Of a DNA stretch of 64,000 bases, positions 44,228-52,987 are shown in pieces (within the stretch, counting starts at the first letter, position 1; every line of letters starts with the position of its first letter). The stretch lies in the NCBI GenBank assembly GCA_963823665.1, contig CAWGMQ010000004.1, positions 448,001 to 512,000 of the forward strand, in the 5' to 3' direction. The DNA is from an uncultured Planctomycetota bacterium (GTDB taxonomy: Bacteria; Planctomycetota; Planctomycetia; Isosphaerales; Isosphaeraceae). Both the position numbers and the translations under genes were made by a program. The notes beneath the pieces were generated by a model that was given only the letters and a program-made list of their open reading frames with translations, searched no databases and was not told the DNA's origin.

Positions 44228-45043
44228 ATGTTTTCCATTATTCGGGAACGACTGCGGCAAGGCATGCGGACGATCGCTTTTCCCAAGAGCGTTCCCGCGC
44301 TTCCCGACCGCTTCCTTGGCTTGCCTGTTCTCGATGACTCGAAGTGCCCCGACGGCTGCCGCGCCTGCATCGAGGCGTGCCCCACCGACGCAATCGCGCA
44401 CGACGCCGCGGGCCTGGCCCTCGATATGGGGCGGTGCCTTTTTTGCAACGACTGCGTGAGAGCCTGCCCGCACGACGGTGCGATCCACTTCAGCCAGGAC
44501 CACCGGCTCGCGAGCCGGAGGCGCGATGACTTGATTGTGCGCAGCCGAGAAGAGCGAAGGCTGGTTGAACCTCTGGATGAGAAAATGCGCCAGCTCTTCG
44601 GTCGCTCGTTGAAACTCAGGCAGGTCAGCGCGGGCGGTGACAATGCCTCGGAGGCCGACTTGAGCGTGCTCGGAACCGTGGTCTTCGACATGGGCCGATT
44701 CGGCATCCAATTTGTGGCATCGCCGCGCCACGCCGACGGCATCGTCGTCACGGGGCCGGTCACCGAGAACATGAAGCAAGCGCTTCTTCAGACCTACGAG
44801 GCGGTGCCGGCCCCCAAGCTCGTGATCGCCGTCGGTGCAAATGCCATCTCCGGTGGAATATTTCGAGGCCACCCGGAGGTCAACGACGGAATCGACGGAA
44901 TCCTTCCCGTCGATCTCTATATCCCAGGCGACCCTCCCCATCCGCTGACGATCCTCGATGGCCTGCTGCGGCTCCTCGGCCGGCTCGAGGATCGGCTGCC
45001 GCTGGGGCGACGGTCGACAGTAAGGGACGCGTCGAGGCGATGA
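44228..45043 (+). CDS. hyfI: Fused 2x[4Fe-4S] ferredoxin (HyfH-like) + NuoB/HyfI-like small subunit with all four cluster Cys replaced
   Basis: CPDGCRACIEACP and CLFCNDCVRACP retained; 'ASPRHADGIVVTGPVT'; GGDNASE, GANAISGG and IPGDPP at the Cys positions. Confidence 0.9.
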   Translation: MFSIIRERLRQGMRTIAFPKSVPALPDRFLGLPVLDDSKCPDGCRACIEACPTDAIAHDAAGLALDMGRCLFCNDCVRACPHDGAIHFSQDHRLASRRRDDLIVRSREERRLVEPLDEKMRQLFGRSLKLRQVSAGGDNASEADLSVLGTVVFDMGRFGIQFVASPRHADGIVVTGPVTENMKQALLQTYEAVPAPKLVIAVGANAISGGIFRGHPEVNDGIDGILPVDLYIPGDPPHPLTILDGLLRLLGRLEDRLPLGRRSTVRDASRR

Positions 45044-45090
45044 GGGCTCGCTTCCGTCAGGGCACACATCTCGACGCTGGGGAGTCGCGA

Positions 45091-45375
45091 TCAATCATCC
45101 GGATGGTCGTGTGATTCTTGAGCCTGATCCTTGGCCCGAGTGACGCTTGGCGGTTCTGGTGGCGGCTTCGCGGCCGGGAATCCGTGGGCCTGGCAGAACA
45201 ACTCCGCGTTCAGCTCCAGGAATGCCGTATAGGCTTGGTCGATCGAGCGGTAGATCGCGCCGTTGCGGTCGAACCCAAGTTGGTCCATTCGACGACGACA
45301 GCGGTAGAGGAAGTCCATCATGGGCCGGATGCGGTCGCGGGTCGCCTGTGCTTGTCTTCGGCTGAGTATCCTCAT
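45091..45375 (-). CDS. Conserved small helical protein, copy 3 of 3
   Basis: Paralogue of 23957-24220 and 25297-25581. Confidence 0.7.
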   Translation of the reverse strand: MRILSRRQAQATRDRIRPMMDFLYRCRRRMDQLGFDRNGAIYRSIDQAYTAFLELNAELFCQAHGFPAAKPPPEPPSVTRAKDQAQESHDHPDD

Positions 45376-45412
45376 CCCGATAGTGTATAGATGAACACTA
45401 TTTGCTCGTCAA
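45376..45412 (-). promoter_or_regulatory. Leaderless promoter with palindromic operator (copy 3)
   Basis: ATAGTGT-ATAGATGA-ACACTAT...CGTCAA: arms conserved, spacer changed. Confidence 0.65.
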
Positions 45413-45785
45413 CCACGATGGTAGATGAAAAAAGGGCCGGACGCGTATCACCACGTCTGGCCCTGGTTTGTTTCTCTGTTGACGTAACCGCTCGGTTGAA
45501 GGCGTGTTCACCACCAGCGCATCCGTAGCCACTGGAGTGAAGACCCACCGCCCGGTACACTACCGGACGTCCTCGCGTGCTCGAGTGCTCCGACGCCGGA
45601 CACGACGCGACGATTCTTGCCGACGACGCGGCGATCCAGCCAAGCGTCGAGCAGTCAAGACCCGAAGCGCCGGCGATTTTTTGAAATGCTTTCGGTTTTC
45701 TCGGCAAGTCCGTCAGGCCCAAGACGTCTTTGTGTTTGAGGCGGGCCCCGATGGCCGGGGCGACCCGAAGCGGGAGATCTCCTTT

Positions 45786-48700
45786 ATGGACGGCCAAGCC
45801 TCCCCTCATCCGACGCCCGAGACCTTACGCGCGTACGCACTGCGTGAGCTCGACGGCACTTCGGCCGAAGTCGTGCGCGACCACCTTGAACGCTGCTCCG
45901 ATTGCCGGCGTCAGGTTTCCGAGATAGAGCCTGACAGTTTCGCCGACCGGCTCCGTCAGGCCGCGGAAGGATCGGAAATACCGGCTATTGATCGGCCACT
46001 TGCCGCTACCCCGCAGACCGAATCGCCAGTCGCTGATGGCGTCACCGTCGACTCGTCCGATCGTCCTTGCATGTCTGAAACCGGCCCAGTCGGTGCGACG
46101 TCCGCCCCTCAGAACAGTCCGACCGTGTCTTCCCTCCCAGCAGGGACGCTCGTCGGCTACTTCGGCGACTACGAACTGCAGAGTGTGCTAGGCGAAGGGG
46201 GCATGGGAATCGTCTACAGAGCCCGACAGCTCAGCCTGAACCGGCCGGTGGCTCTGAAGATGATCAAGGCCGCCCGGTTCGCCGGTGCAGAGGAGGTGCG
46301 CCGGTTTCAAAACGAATCCGAGGCGGTAGCGCAGCTCGATCATCCGAACATTGTGCCGATCTTCGAGGTCGGTCGGCTCGAGGACCAGCATTACTTCAGC
46401 ATGAAGCTCATTTCGGGCGAGAGCCTCGACAAGCGGCCGAGGGACTACTTGGCAAATCCTCGGCAGGCTGCGGAGTTGGTGGCAATCACGGCGGGTGCGG
46501 TCCACCACGCTCATCAGCGGGGCATCCTCCATCGAGATCTGAAGCCGGCAAACATCCTGATCGATCCAGATGGGCGGCCTCATGTCACCGACTTCGGACT
46601 CGCCAAACGGGTCGAAGGGGACAGCGAACTGACCGGCTCGGGCGCGATCTTGGGCACGCCCGCCTACATGGCTCCCGAGCAGGCCTCTGGCAAGCGCGGG
46701 GCGGTGACCACAGCGACGGATGTCTACGGCCTGGGAGCGGTCCTTTATGTGCTTCTCACGGGGAAAGCGCCGTTCAGCGGCGACTCGGTGATCGACACGC
46801 TCGAGCAAGTGCGCGAGAGACCTCCGGAGGCGCCCAGTAAGCGAAACGCGAGGGTTCCGCGCAACCTAGAGGTGATTTGCCTAAAGTGCCTCGAAAAGGA
46901 CCCACGTCGGCGTTACGGCAGCGCCGACGCGCTTGCCGAGGATTTGCGTCGCTGGAGGGCTGGCGAGCCCATCGCGGCGCGGCCTGTGAGTAACGCGGCA
47001 CGGTTGTGGATGTGGAGCCGGCGAAATCCTGTCGTGGCCGGCGCGATCGGTTTGGCGGCGGCGGCGGTCGTCGCGATCATCGCCGCCATGGTCGTCGAGG
47101 GTGCCCGACGTGAGGAGGAGATCGCGCGTGTGGCAGCGGAGGCCGATTTCGACTTGGCCCAGCAGGCCGTCGTGGAGTATCTGACCAACGTCAGCGAAAA
47201 CACTCTGCTCAGGGAGCAAGATTCGGTCGACATCCGAAGCCTGCGCGACAATTTGCTCAAGAGCGCACTCACGTTTTATGAGCGATTCGCCGCAAAGCGA
47301 AAGGACGACCCGCGTCTCCGAGAGCAACTGGCCGCCGCCTACTTCCGGGTCGGTCAGATCACGCGTGAAATCGGCTCACCGACGCAAGCGATGGGCGCCT
47401 TCCGCTCGGCTCTGGCCATCTGGCGGCCGCTCGTGGATGCAAATCCGAAAGAGCTCGAGCTTGCGGGCAGCCTCGCCGAGTGCTACCTGGCCATGGGCAA
47501 GCTGGAATTGACCGGAGAGGACTTCAATTTGGCGCTTGAGTTGCTTGGCCACGCGCGCACAACTCTGGAAAGGCTCGTGACAGAGAACGCCGACGAGCCG
47601 CGTTACGAATCGAGCCTCGCCGACTGCTATTCGCATATCGGGATCGCGCAGTCCAAGCTGGGAAAGGTAAAGGAGAGCCTGGCGATCCATGCCGAAGCGA
47701 GAGCGATCCAGGAAGACTTGATCGACCGATACCCGGAAAACCTCGCGTACAAGACCGGCCTGACCGAAAACCTTTCTGCGACTGGTTTTGCGTACTACAA
47801 GCGGCCCGACATCGAGGCCGCACTGAAGACGTTTCACGAAGTCCGGGATATCTGCCGGCGGCTGATGAAAGAGGCGGCGTTTGGGCCCAAGCCTTCCTGG
47901 TTGCTCGACATGCTGGCGTTTACCCTGTCGAACATCGGCAATATCCATAAGCAGAGAGGCGAGATCGAGATCGCTTTGCCGTTTTTCGAAGAGTCGGTCA
48001 AGTACCGGGCGGACCTGGCTGACCAGCATCCGTCTGTCACCAAATATCGTGCGAAACTCGCCGTGAGTTACAAAGAGATCGCCGACCTCGAGCATGGGGC
48101 CCATCAGGACGACAAGGCAATCGCATCGATCAAGAAGGCAATCGAGGTCTATACCGACCTCGTCCGTTCGCAACCCGAAACGGTGAGTTTTCAAGACGAC
48201 CTGGCGTGGTGCTGGGACGAACTTGGCGTGCGTCTCGACGAAGCTCGGAACAACGCCGAGGCGATGCAGGCGTTCGACCGGGCCGTGGCGATGGAGCGAG
48301 CGGCGATTAAGAAGACAAAGTCTGCTGACGCCTACAATCTGAGATTGTGCTACTACCTTGACAACTTGGGAGAGCAGTCCGTCGACCTGGGGCGCCCTGC
48401 TGAGGGGCTGCGCCATTATGAGGAAGCGATTCGGATACGCCGCGAACTGAGCCGGACGAACCGTGGAAACCGGCAGTATCTCATTGAACTCGTCCAGGCG
48501 CTCGTTGCGCTGGGCAACATCGAGCGCCACATGGGCGACGCGGAGGCGGCGCTGCGGTTCTTCGCAGATGCACGGAAGGCCCTGGAAGCGGCATTGACGG
48601 CGACGCCGGGAGATCCCGCGCTTGAGTTTCAGCTTGCCGTCGCGTTCGCCCACGAGGCCGACTCGCTAGCTGACCGGGCCCAGGCCGAACAGGCCAAGAC

Positions 48701-49160
48701 TTTGCTCCAAGACGCGGCCTCCCGGTTTCGCAAATTGGCGAGCCGCGCGGCGCCCGCCGATGAGCCTTTACTCGAACGGGAGAAGCGTAGTGAGACGCTT
48801 TGGAACCTAGGTCGAGTGTTGCGGGATCTCAAGTTACCGGCGGAGGCAGACCGCGTTGATGGTGAACGTGTCGACTTGTGGAAAGCCCAGCCGATCGAGG
48901 AGCTGGTGGATCTGGCCCTCAAACACCTGACCCGCGCAACGCTGGTTGGGTACGGGAAGACGCCCCTGTCGGCGCAGGCTAGAGCTGTTCGCCAGCTCGA
49001 CCTCGATCAAGCCGCCGGCGAAGTGAAAATGGCCGTCGAGCGCGGGCTCCAGGACCTTGACAAATTAGAGGCCGTTCCGGAATGGCGACTCCTTTTCTCG
49101 CGAGAGGACGTGCAATCCGCGATCAAGCACCTCCAATCCCCAGGGCCGTTGACAAATTGA
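45786..49160 (+). CDS. Ser/Thr protein kinase: zf-HC2, kinase, TM, TPR array; last codons supplied by ISAs1
   Basis: 'HLERCSDC', GEGGMG, HRDLKPAN, DFG, APE, then TPR-like helical repeats; GGAG RBS before ATG 45786. Confidence 0.95.
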   Translation: MDGQASPHPTPETLRAYALRELDGTSAEVVRDHLERCSDCRRQVSEIEPDSFADRLRQAAEGSEIPAIDRPLAATPQTESPVADGVTVDSSDRPCMSETGPVGATSAPQNSPTVSSLPAGTLVGYFGDYELQSVLGEGGMGIVYRARQLSLNRPVALKMIKAARFAGAEEVRRFQNESEAVAQLDHPNIVPIFEVGRLEDQHYFSMKLISGESLDKRPRDYLANPRQAAELVAITAGAVHHAHQRGILHRDLKPANILIDPDGRPHVTDFGLAKRVEGDSELTGSGAILGTPAYMAPEQASGKRGAVTTATDVYGLGAVLYVLLTGKAPFSGDSVIDTLEQVRERPPEAPSKRNARVPRNLEVICLKCLEKDPRRRYGSADALAEDLRRWRAGEPIAARPVSNAARLWMWSRRNPVVAGAIGLAAAAVVAIIAAMVVEGARREEEIARVAAEADFDLAQQAVVEYLTNVSENTLLREQDSVDIRSLRDNLLKSALTFYERFAAKRKDDPRLREQLAAAYFRVGQITREIGSPTQAMGAFRSALAIWRPLVDANPKELELAGSLAECYLAMGKLELTGEDFNLALELLGHARTTLERLVTENADEPRYESSLADCYSHIGIAQSKLGKVKESLAIHAEARAIQEDLIDRYPENLAYKTGLTENLSATGFAYYKRPDIEAALKTFHEVRDICRRLMKEAAFGPKPSWLLDMLAFTLSNIGNIHKQRGEIEIALPFFEESVKYRADLADQHPSVTKYRAKLAVSYKEIADLEHGAHQDDKAIASIKKAIEVYTDLVRSQPETVSFQDDLAWCWDELGVRLDEARNNAEAMQAFDRAVAMERAAIKKTKSADAYNLRLCYYLDNLGEQSVDLGRPAEGLRHYEEAIRIRRELSRTNRGNRQYLIELVQALVALGNIERHMGDAEAALRFFADARKALEAALTATPGDPALEFQLAVAFAHEADSLADRAQAEQAKTLLQDAASRFRKLASRAAPADEPLLEREKRSETLWNLGRVLRDLKLPAEADRVDGERVDLWKAQPIEELVDLALKHLTRATLVGYGKTPLSAQARAVRQLDLDQAAGEVKMAVERGLQDLDKLEAVPEWRLLFSREDVQSAIKHLQSPGPLTN

Positions 49161-50422
49161 GCCTGAGTCCGGATAGGAAAGCTTTTGGCGGTACGGAAGC
49201 CGTCCACTACAAGGATTTTCAGCATGGAGGCAACGCATGGAAGCCCACCCCGCCGGGAGTCTCCTTTCCTTTCTTGCCGCGGTTCCCGATCCTCGCAGCC
49301 GGCATGGCCGACAACATGCGCTTTCTGCAATCCTGGCGTTGGTGTGTTGTGCCATCATGTGTGGTGCGAAGGGCTACACCGCCATTGCACAATGGGCTCG
49401 GGACCAAGACATCGGGCTGATGCATCGACTTGGCTTCACGCGCAAACCTCCGAAAATGTGCGGCATTCGCAAAGTTCTAATCGCGTTGAACCCGAAGGCC
49501 TTCGAGGACGCGCTCTATCGGTGGGCCGAATCGTTGTTGGGCCGGCCAGTCTCGAGCGAGATTTTGTCACTGGAAGCCTTCGCGATCGACGGCAAGACGG
49601 CTCGTGGCAGCTTCGACGGCCTCGAAAAGCCGATCCACCTGCTCTCTCTGCTGGCTCACGAATCAGGGATAACGTTGGCTCAGACGCAGGTTTCCAACGG
49701 CGGTGAAAACAAGACCAACGAGCACAAGACGGCTCTTCAATTGCTCCGAAGCATCGTTCTCGAAGGGCGATTGGTAACCGGCGACGCCATGTTCTGTCAG
49801 CGTGACCTTTCCCAGCAGATCATCGATGCACACGGCCATTACCTTTGGTTTGTGAAGGACAATCAACCAACGCTCGTCAACGATATTAAGGTCGCATTCG
49901 CCGCTTCTGCTGAGGCGGCTTTTTCCCCCTAAACAGCGACGAATTTGGGAACAGGCGCAGGATACAGCCACGACCATGGACAAGGGCCATGGTCGTCGCG
50001 AACGCCGGACCTTGAAGGTGACGACCGCGTTGAGCGAGTATCTGGATTGGCCCGGTGTTGCCCAAGTCGGGCAGGTTGAGAGTGTGGTTGAGCAGGACGG
50101 GAAGATCTCACATGAGAGTCGTTACTTCATTACCAGCGTTCCGCGCCAACTGGGCGGCGCGAGTCGATTGCTCGTTTGGGGACGAGGGCACTGGTCAATC
50201 GAGAATCGGTCGCATTATGTGCGTGACGTCACGCTCGGAGAGGACGCGAGCCGAATCCGCAAGGGTTCTGGTCCGGAAATCATGGCTGCTCTGCGCAATG
50301 CTGCCGTTGGCTTCCTGAGGCTTACTGGCGCAACGAATATCGCCGAGACCGTCCGTCGCAACGCTTCCCAGGTCCGAGCACTCTTCACCAAACTCGGTAT
50401 CTTGAATCAGTGAACTGCCCTG
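49141..50422 (+). mobile_element. ISAs1-family insertion sequence, complete, with 10-bp target duplication
   Basis: Ends CAGGGCCGTTGAC and GTGAACTGCCCTG (imperfect inverted repeats); TSD CTCCAATCCC at 49131-49140 and 50423-50432. Confidence 0.92.
49237..50413 (+). CDS. ISAs1 DDE transposase in two frames (49237-49932 and +1 frame to 50413)
   Basis: 'VPDPRSRHGRQH', 'AIDGKTARGS', 'VTGDAMFCQR', 'VKDNQPTL', then 'KGHGRRERR', 'RGHWSIEN..HYVRDVTLGEDASR'. Confidence 0.9.
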
Positions 50423-50882
50423 CTCCAATCCCCGACTCGGCCACCGAGCGCGCCGAAGCCGCCGAGGGTAAAGAGAATTGACAGGTAATGACGGCATTCA
50501 GACTACTCCGCTTCTCGTGCAGTACGACGGTCGGTTGGAAGTCCGCTGCTATGAAGCTGCGCCCGTTCTTGGCTGACAATGCGAAGGCGCAACCTGCGAC
50601 GAGATCGGAAGGAATTAACTTCGCGTTCGCTCGCTGAGAACATGCGACAGTCAGTCGCGTAGGTGCCTTTTTCTTTGGGCGCACACGAAACCGCCACAGA
50701 CGTTGCTGATCAACGGTTCCACGTCGTCGCTCGCAACTACATCCTGGTCTTCTGCAATTCTTCTGCACACATTGCCCGTGTCACCCCAATGCGACTACAA
50801 TGCGCGCGAATGCCGAGGGCCATTGTGGACCTCGACAAAATCCCTGAAATCAACGTCAATCCAACATCAGCCCAACGTCAGA

Positions 50883-50957
50883 CGGATGGCAGACGCGCCG
50901 GACTCAAAATCCGGTCCTCGCAAGAGGGTGTGGGTTCAAGTCCCACCTTCGGTTCCA
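50883..50957 (+). tRNA. 5'-truncated tRNA-Leu(CAA) (att-site remnant), copy 2
   Basis: Anticodon CAA 50905-50907; variable arm CCTC-GCAA-GAGG; T-arm GTGGG-TTCAAGT-CCCAC; CTTCGGT-T-CCA. The 5' acceptor strand is absent. Confidence 0.9.
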
Positions 50958-51196
50958 AGACATCCTCGCCACCCAATCCACGCAAGGGGCGCGGCGCCGA
51001 CCGAACTGCGGCTCGGGGAGGCCTACCGCGGTTGGAGCCTCTGGACTCGCGCATTTATCGATCGATTGCCGACGATGATGCGCGGCTAACGTCGGCGCTT
51101 GAGGGGCTGGCCGGCAATCGATTCACGAGTTCGCCAGCAGTTGACGGGCCTAGAGTAGCAGAGGGATGAATCCGGAATATCCGAAATAACATGAAA

Positions 51197-51244
51197 ATAG
51201 GTCTGACACCCTGGAGACACCCTGGATAGGTCTGACACCCTGGA
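51197..51244 (+). repeat. Short direct repeats: ATAGGTCTGACACCCTGGA x2 with an internal GACACCCTGGA
   Basis: 51197-51215, 51216-51226 and 51226-51244. Confidence 0.85.
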
Positions 51245-51329
51245 CGGATTCATGACCTGCGCCACAGCTTTGCTTGCAACCGTCTCCTACGCTGGTATTG
51301 CGACGGTGAAAACGTTCACTGCAAGATCG

Positions 51330-51466
51330 CCTCACTCTCAACCTATTTGGGCCACGGCAGAGTCACCGACACGTATTGGTACCTGTCAAGCACTCCCGAA
51401 CTCATGACGGTCGCTGGAAACCGCTTCGAGCGGTTCGCAACCCCGCTGGGAAGGAGGCGCTCATGA
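51330..51466 (+). pseudogene. C-terminal remnant of a tyrosine recombinase (RitB-like)
   Basis: 'SLSTYLGHGRVTDTYWYLSSTPELMTVAGNRFERFA', with its TGA overlapping the ATG of the next recombinase. Confidence 0.8.
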
Positions 51467-52473
51467 ATCACCCCACTACAACCAGAATGCTGCTTGGTCC
51501 ACTGCTGCAGACCTACTTCTGCTCCTACCTGATCAGCCAGCGTGATTTGAGTCCGCGGACCATCCGTTCCTATCGGGACACCTTCCGGCTGTTCCTGCGC
51601 TTCCTGCAGCGGCAACATCGAATCCAACCGGATGCGGTGTGCGTAGACGACTTGGATGCTCCGCGGGTGCTCGCATTTTTGAACGATTTGGAAAAGTCCC
51701 GCGATAACTGTCCCCGAAGTCGCAACGCCCGTTTGGCGGCGATCCGTTCGTTCTTTCGTCACGTCGCCGCTACCAATCCTTTGCTGCTGTCGCTCGCTCA
51801 GCGTGTGTTAGCCATTCCGATGAAACGCTTCGATCGCAATGCCGTCAGCCACCTGACGCGAGAGCAGATGCAGGCGATCCTGGACGCGCCGGGGACAAAC
51901 ACGTTGGCCGGCCAGCGGGATCGGCTCCTTTTGCTGTTGTTGTACAACACCGGCGCACGGGTGTCGGAGATCGCCAATTTGCAGGTCAAGGACGTGCGAT
52001 TGGAATCGAGTTCATGCGTCCACATTCTTGGTAAAGGCCGCAAGAAGCGGTCCGTGCCGCTGTGGCGTGAAACCGCGAAACTCCTTCGACAGTGGCTTCA
52101 GCGAGCAACGGTAACGCCTGACTCACCGCTTCTGACCAACGCTCGCGGCAAACCCCTGAGCCGTTCTGGAGTCGCGCAACGCCTGCGACTCGCCGTCGCT
52201 CACGCGGCGGCCAAATATCCCGCTATGCGATCGATCCGCGTGTCGCCACATACCATTCGCCACACGACCGCCATGCATCTGCTGCAGTCGGGTGTGGATC
52301 TATCGATGATTGCCATGTGGTTGGGCCACGAGAGCATCCAGACGACGCATCAGTACCTTGACGCTGATTTGGAGTCCAAGAGGGAGGCCTTGAAATTCTT
52401 GGAACCACCACAGTCCCGAGGGAAGAGGCCATTGCCGGCCAAGCCACTGACGCGATTCCTAAACGACCTGTGA
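51463..52473 (+). CDS. Tyrosine recombinase (RitC-like, third gene of a RIT element)
   Basis: SAM-like N-domain 'SPRTIRSYRDTFRL...RNARLAAIRSFF'; catalytic 'TGARVSE', 'GKGRK', 'HTIRH', 'LGHESIQTTHQY'. Confidence 0.92.
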   Translation: MNHPTTTRMLLGPLLQTYFCSYLISQRDLSPRTIRSYRDTFRLFLRFLQRQHRIQPDAVCVDDLDAPRVLAFLNDLEKSRDNCPRSRNARLAAIRSFFRHVAATNPLLLSLAQRVLAIPMKRFDRNAVSHLTREQMQAILDAPGTNTLAGQRDRLLLLLLYNTGARVSEIANLQVKDVRLESSSCVHILGKGRKKRSVPLWRETAKLLRQWLQRATVTPDSPLLTNARGKPLSRSGVAQRLRLAVAHAAAKYPAMRSIRVSPHTIRHTTAMHLLQSGVDLSMIAMWLGHESIQTTHQYLDADLESKREALKFLEPPQSRGKRPLPAKPLTRFLNDL

Positions 52474-52514
52474 TTATGCGCAGCCCATATAGGCCTTCCC
52501 GTAGCAAACGGACA

Positions 52515-52685
52515 GGGTGTCGCACCGGTGGAGATGTTCGAGAGTCTGGTCGACCCCGGCGGCGTTGAGCGGGCGCCGCTGGCGGTCTCGGTGAAGAGCT
52601 TTGCGCAGCCAGCGCGGTTCAATGCGTCGGTCTCGAAGTCGAGGTTTTGCTCGGTGATGGAGACGCGGCCATAGCCGATCAGCAT
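52515..52685 (-). pseudogene. Serine resolvase N-terminal fragment
   Basis: 'MLIGYGRVSITEQNLDFETDALNRAGCAKLFTETASGA', degenerating into the left IR; res-like repeats at ~52700-52780. Confidence 0.85.
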
Positions 52686-52987
52686 AGGTTGTACCCTCCC
52701 CGTCGTCGGATCGTACCGAAACCTATGTCTCGGGTGAAGATTGCGGGACGATGATTTCGGCGCGGCTTTTCGGACGATATGCTGGCCATTTGGAGCGGAA
52801 TTCGAGGATGAACGCAGGTTGTCCTGAAAAGGTCCCATTTCGGGGCATCGCTCGCTTCGTTTTCGGGCATTCGATGCAACCATGAACGAGTGGCCCGCAA
52901 TGTCATAATCGGCGCTGACGAGAAAAACCTTGGTTCACCGATGGGAAGACGTCGTCTTCTTGGGAAGAGGGAAAACAACGACCGCCC

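Noticed and set aside
44639..44932. Selenocysteine or recoding explaining the missing cysteines
   Set aside because: The codons are GAC, TCG, AAT and GAC, not TGA.
35680..45043. Active [NiFe] hydrogenase-4 / formate hydrogenlyase
   Set aside because: NiFe CxxC motifs are absent and there are no maturation or fdh genes in the window.
45504..45785. N-terminal extension of kinase 2 in the ORF track
   Set aside because: The paralogous region before 25985 contains a stop, and an RBS supports ATG 45786.
25256..47039. Diversity-generating retroelement TR/VR pair
   Set aside because: No reverse transcriptase; differences are not adenine-specific and the repeat is ~2 kb.
51463..52473. This recombinase as the integrase for the tRNA-Leu att sites
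   Set aside because: It is RitC-like, coupled to a RitB remnant with its own RIT-like ends and no obvious arm-binding domain; proximity alone is insufficient.
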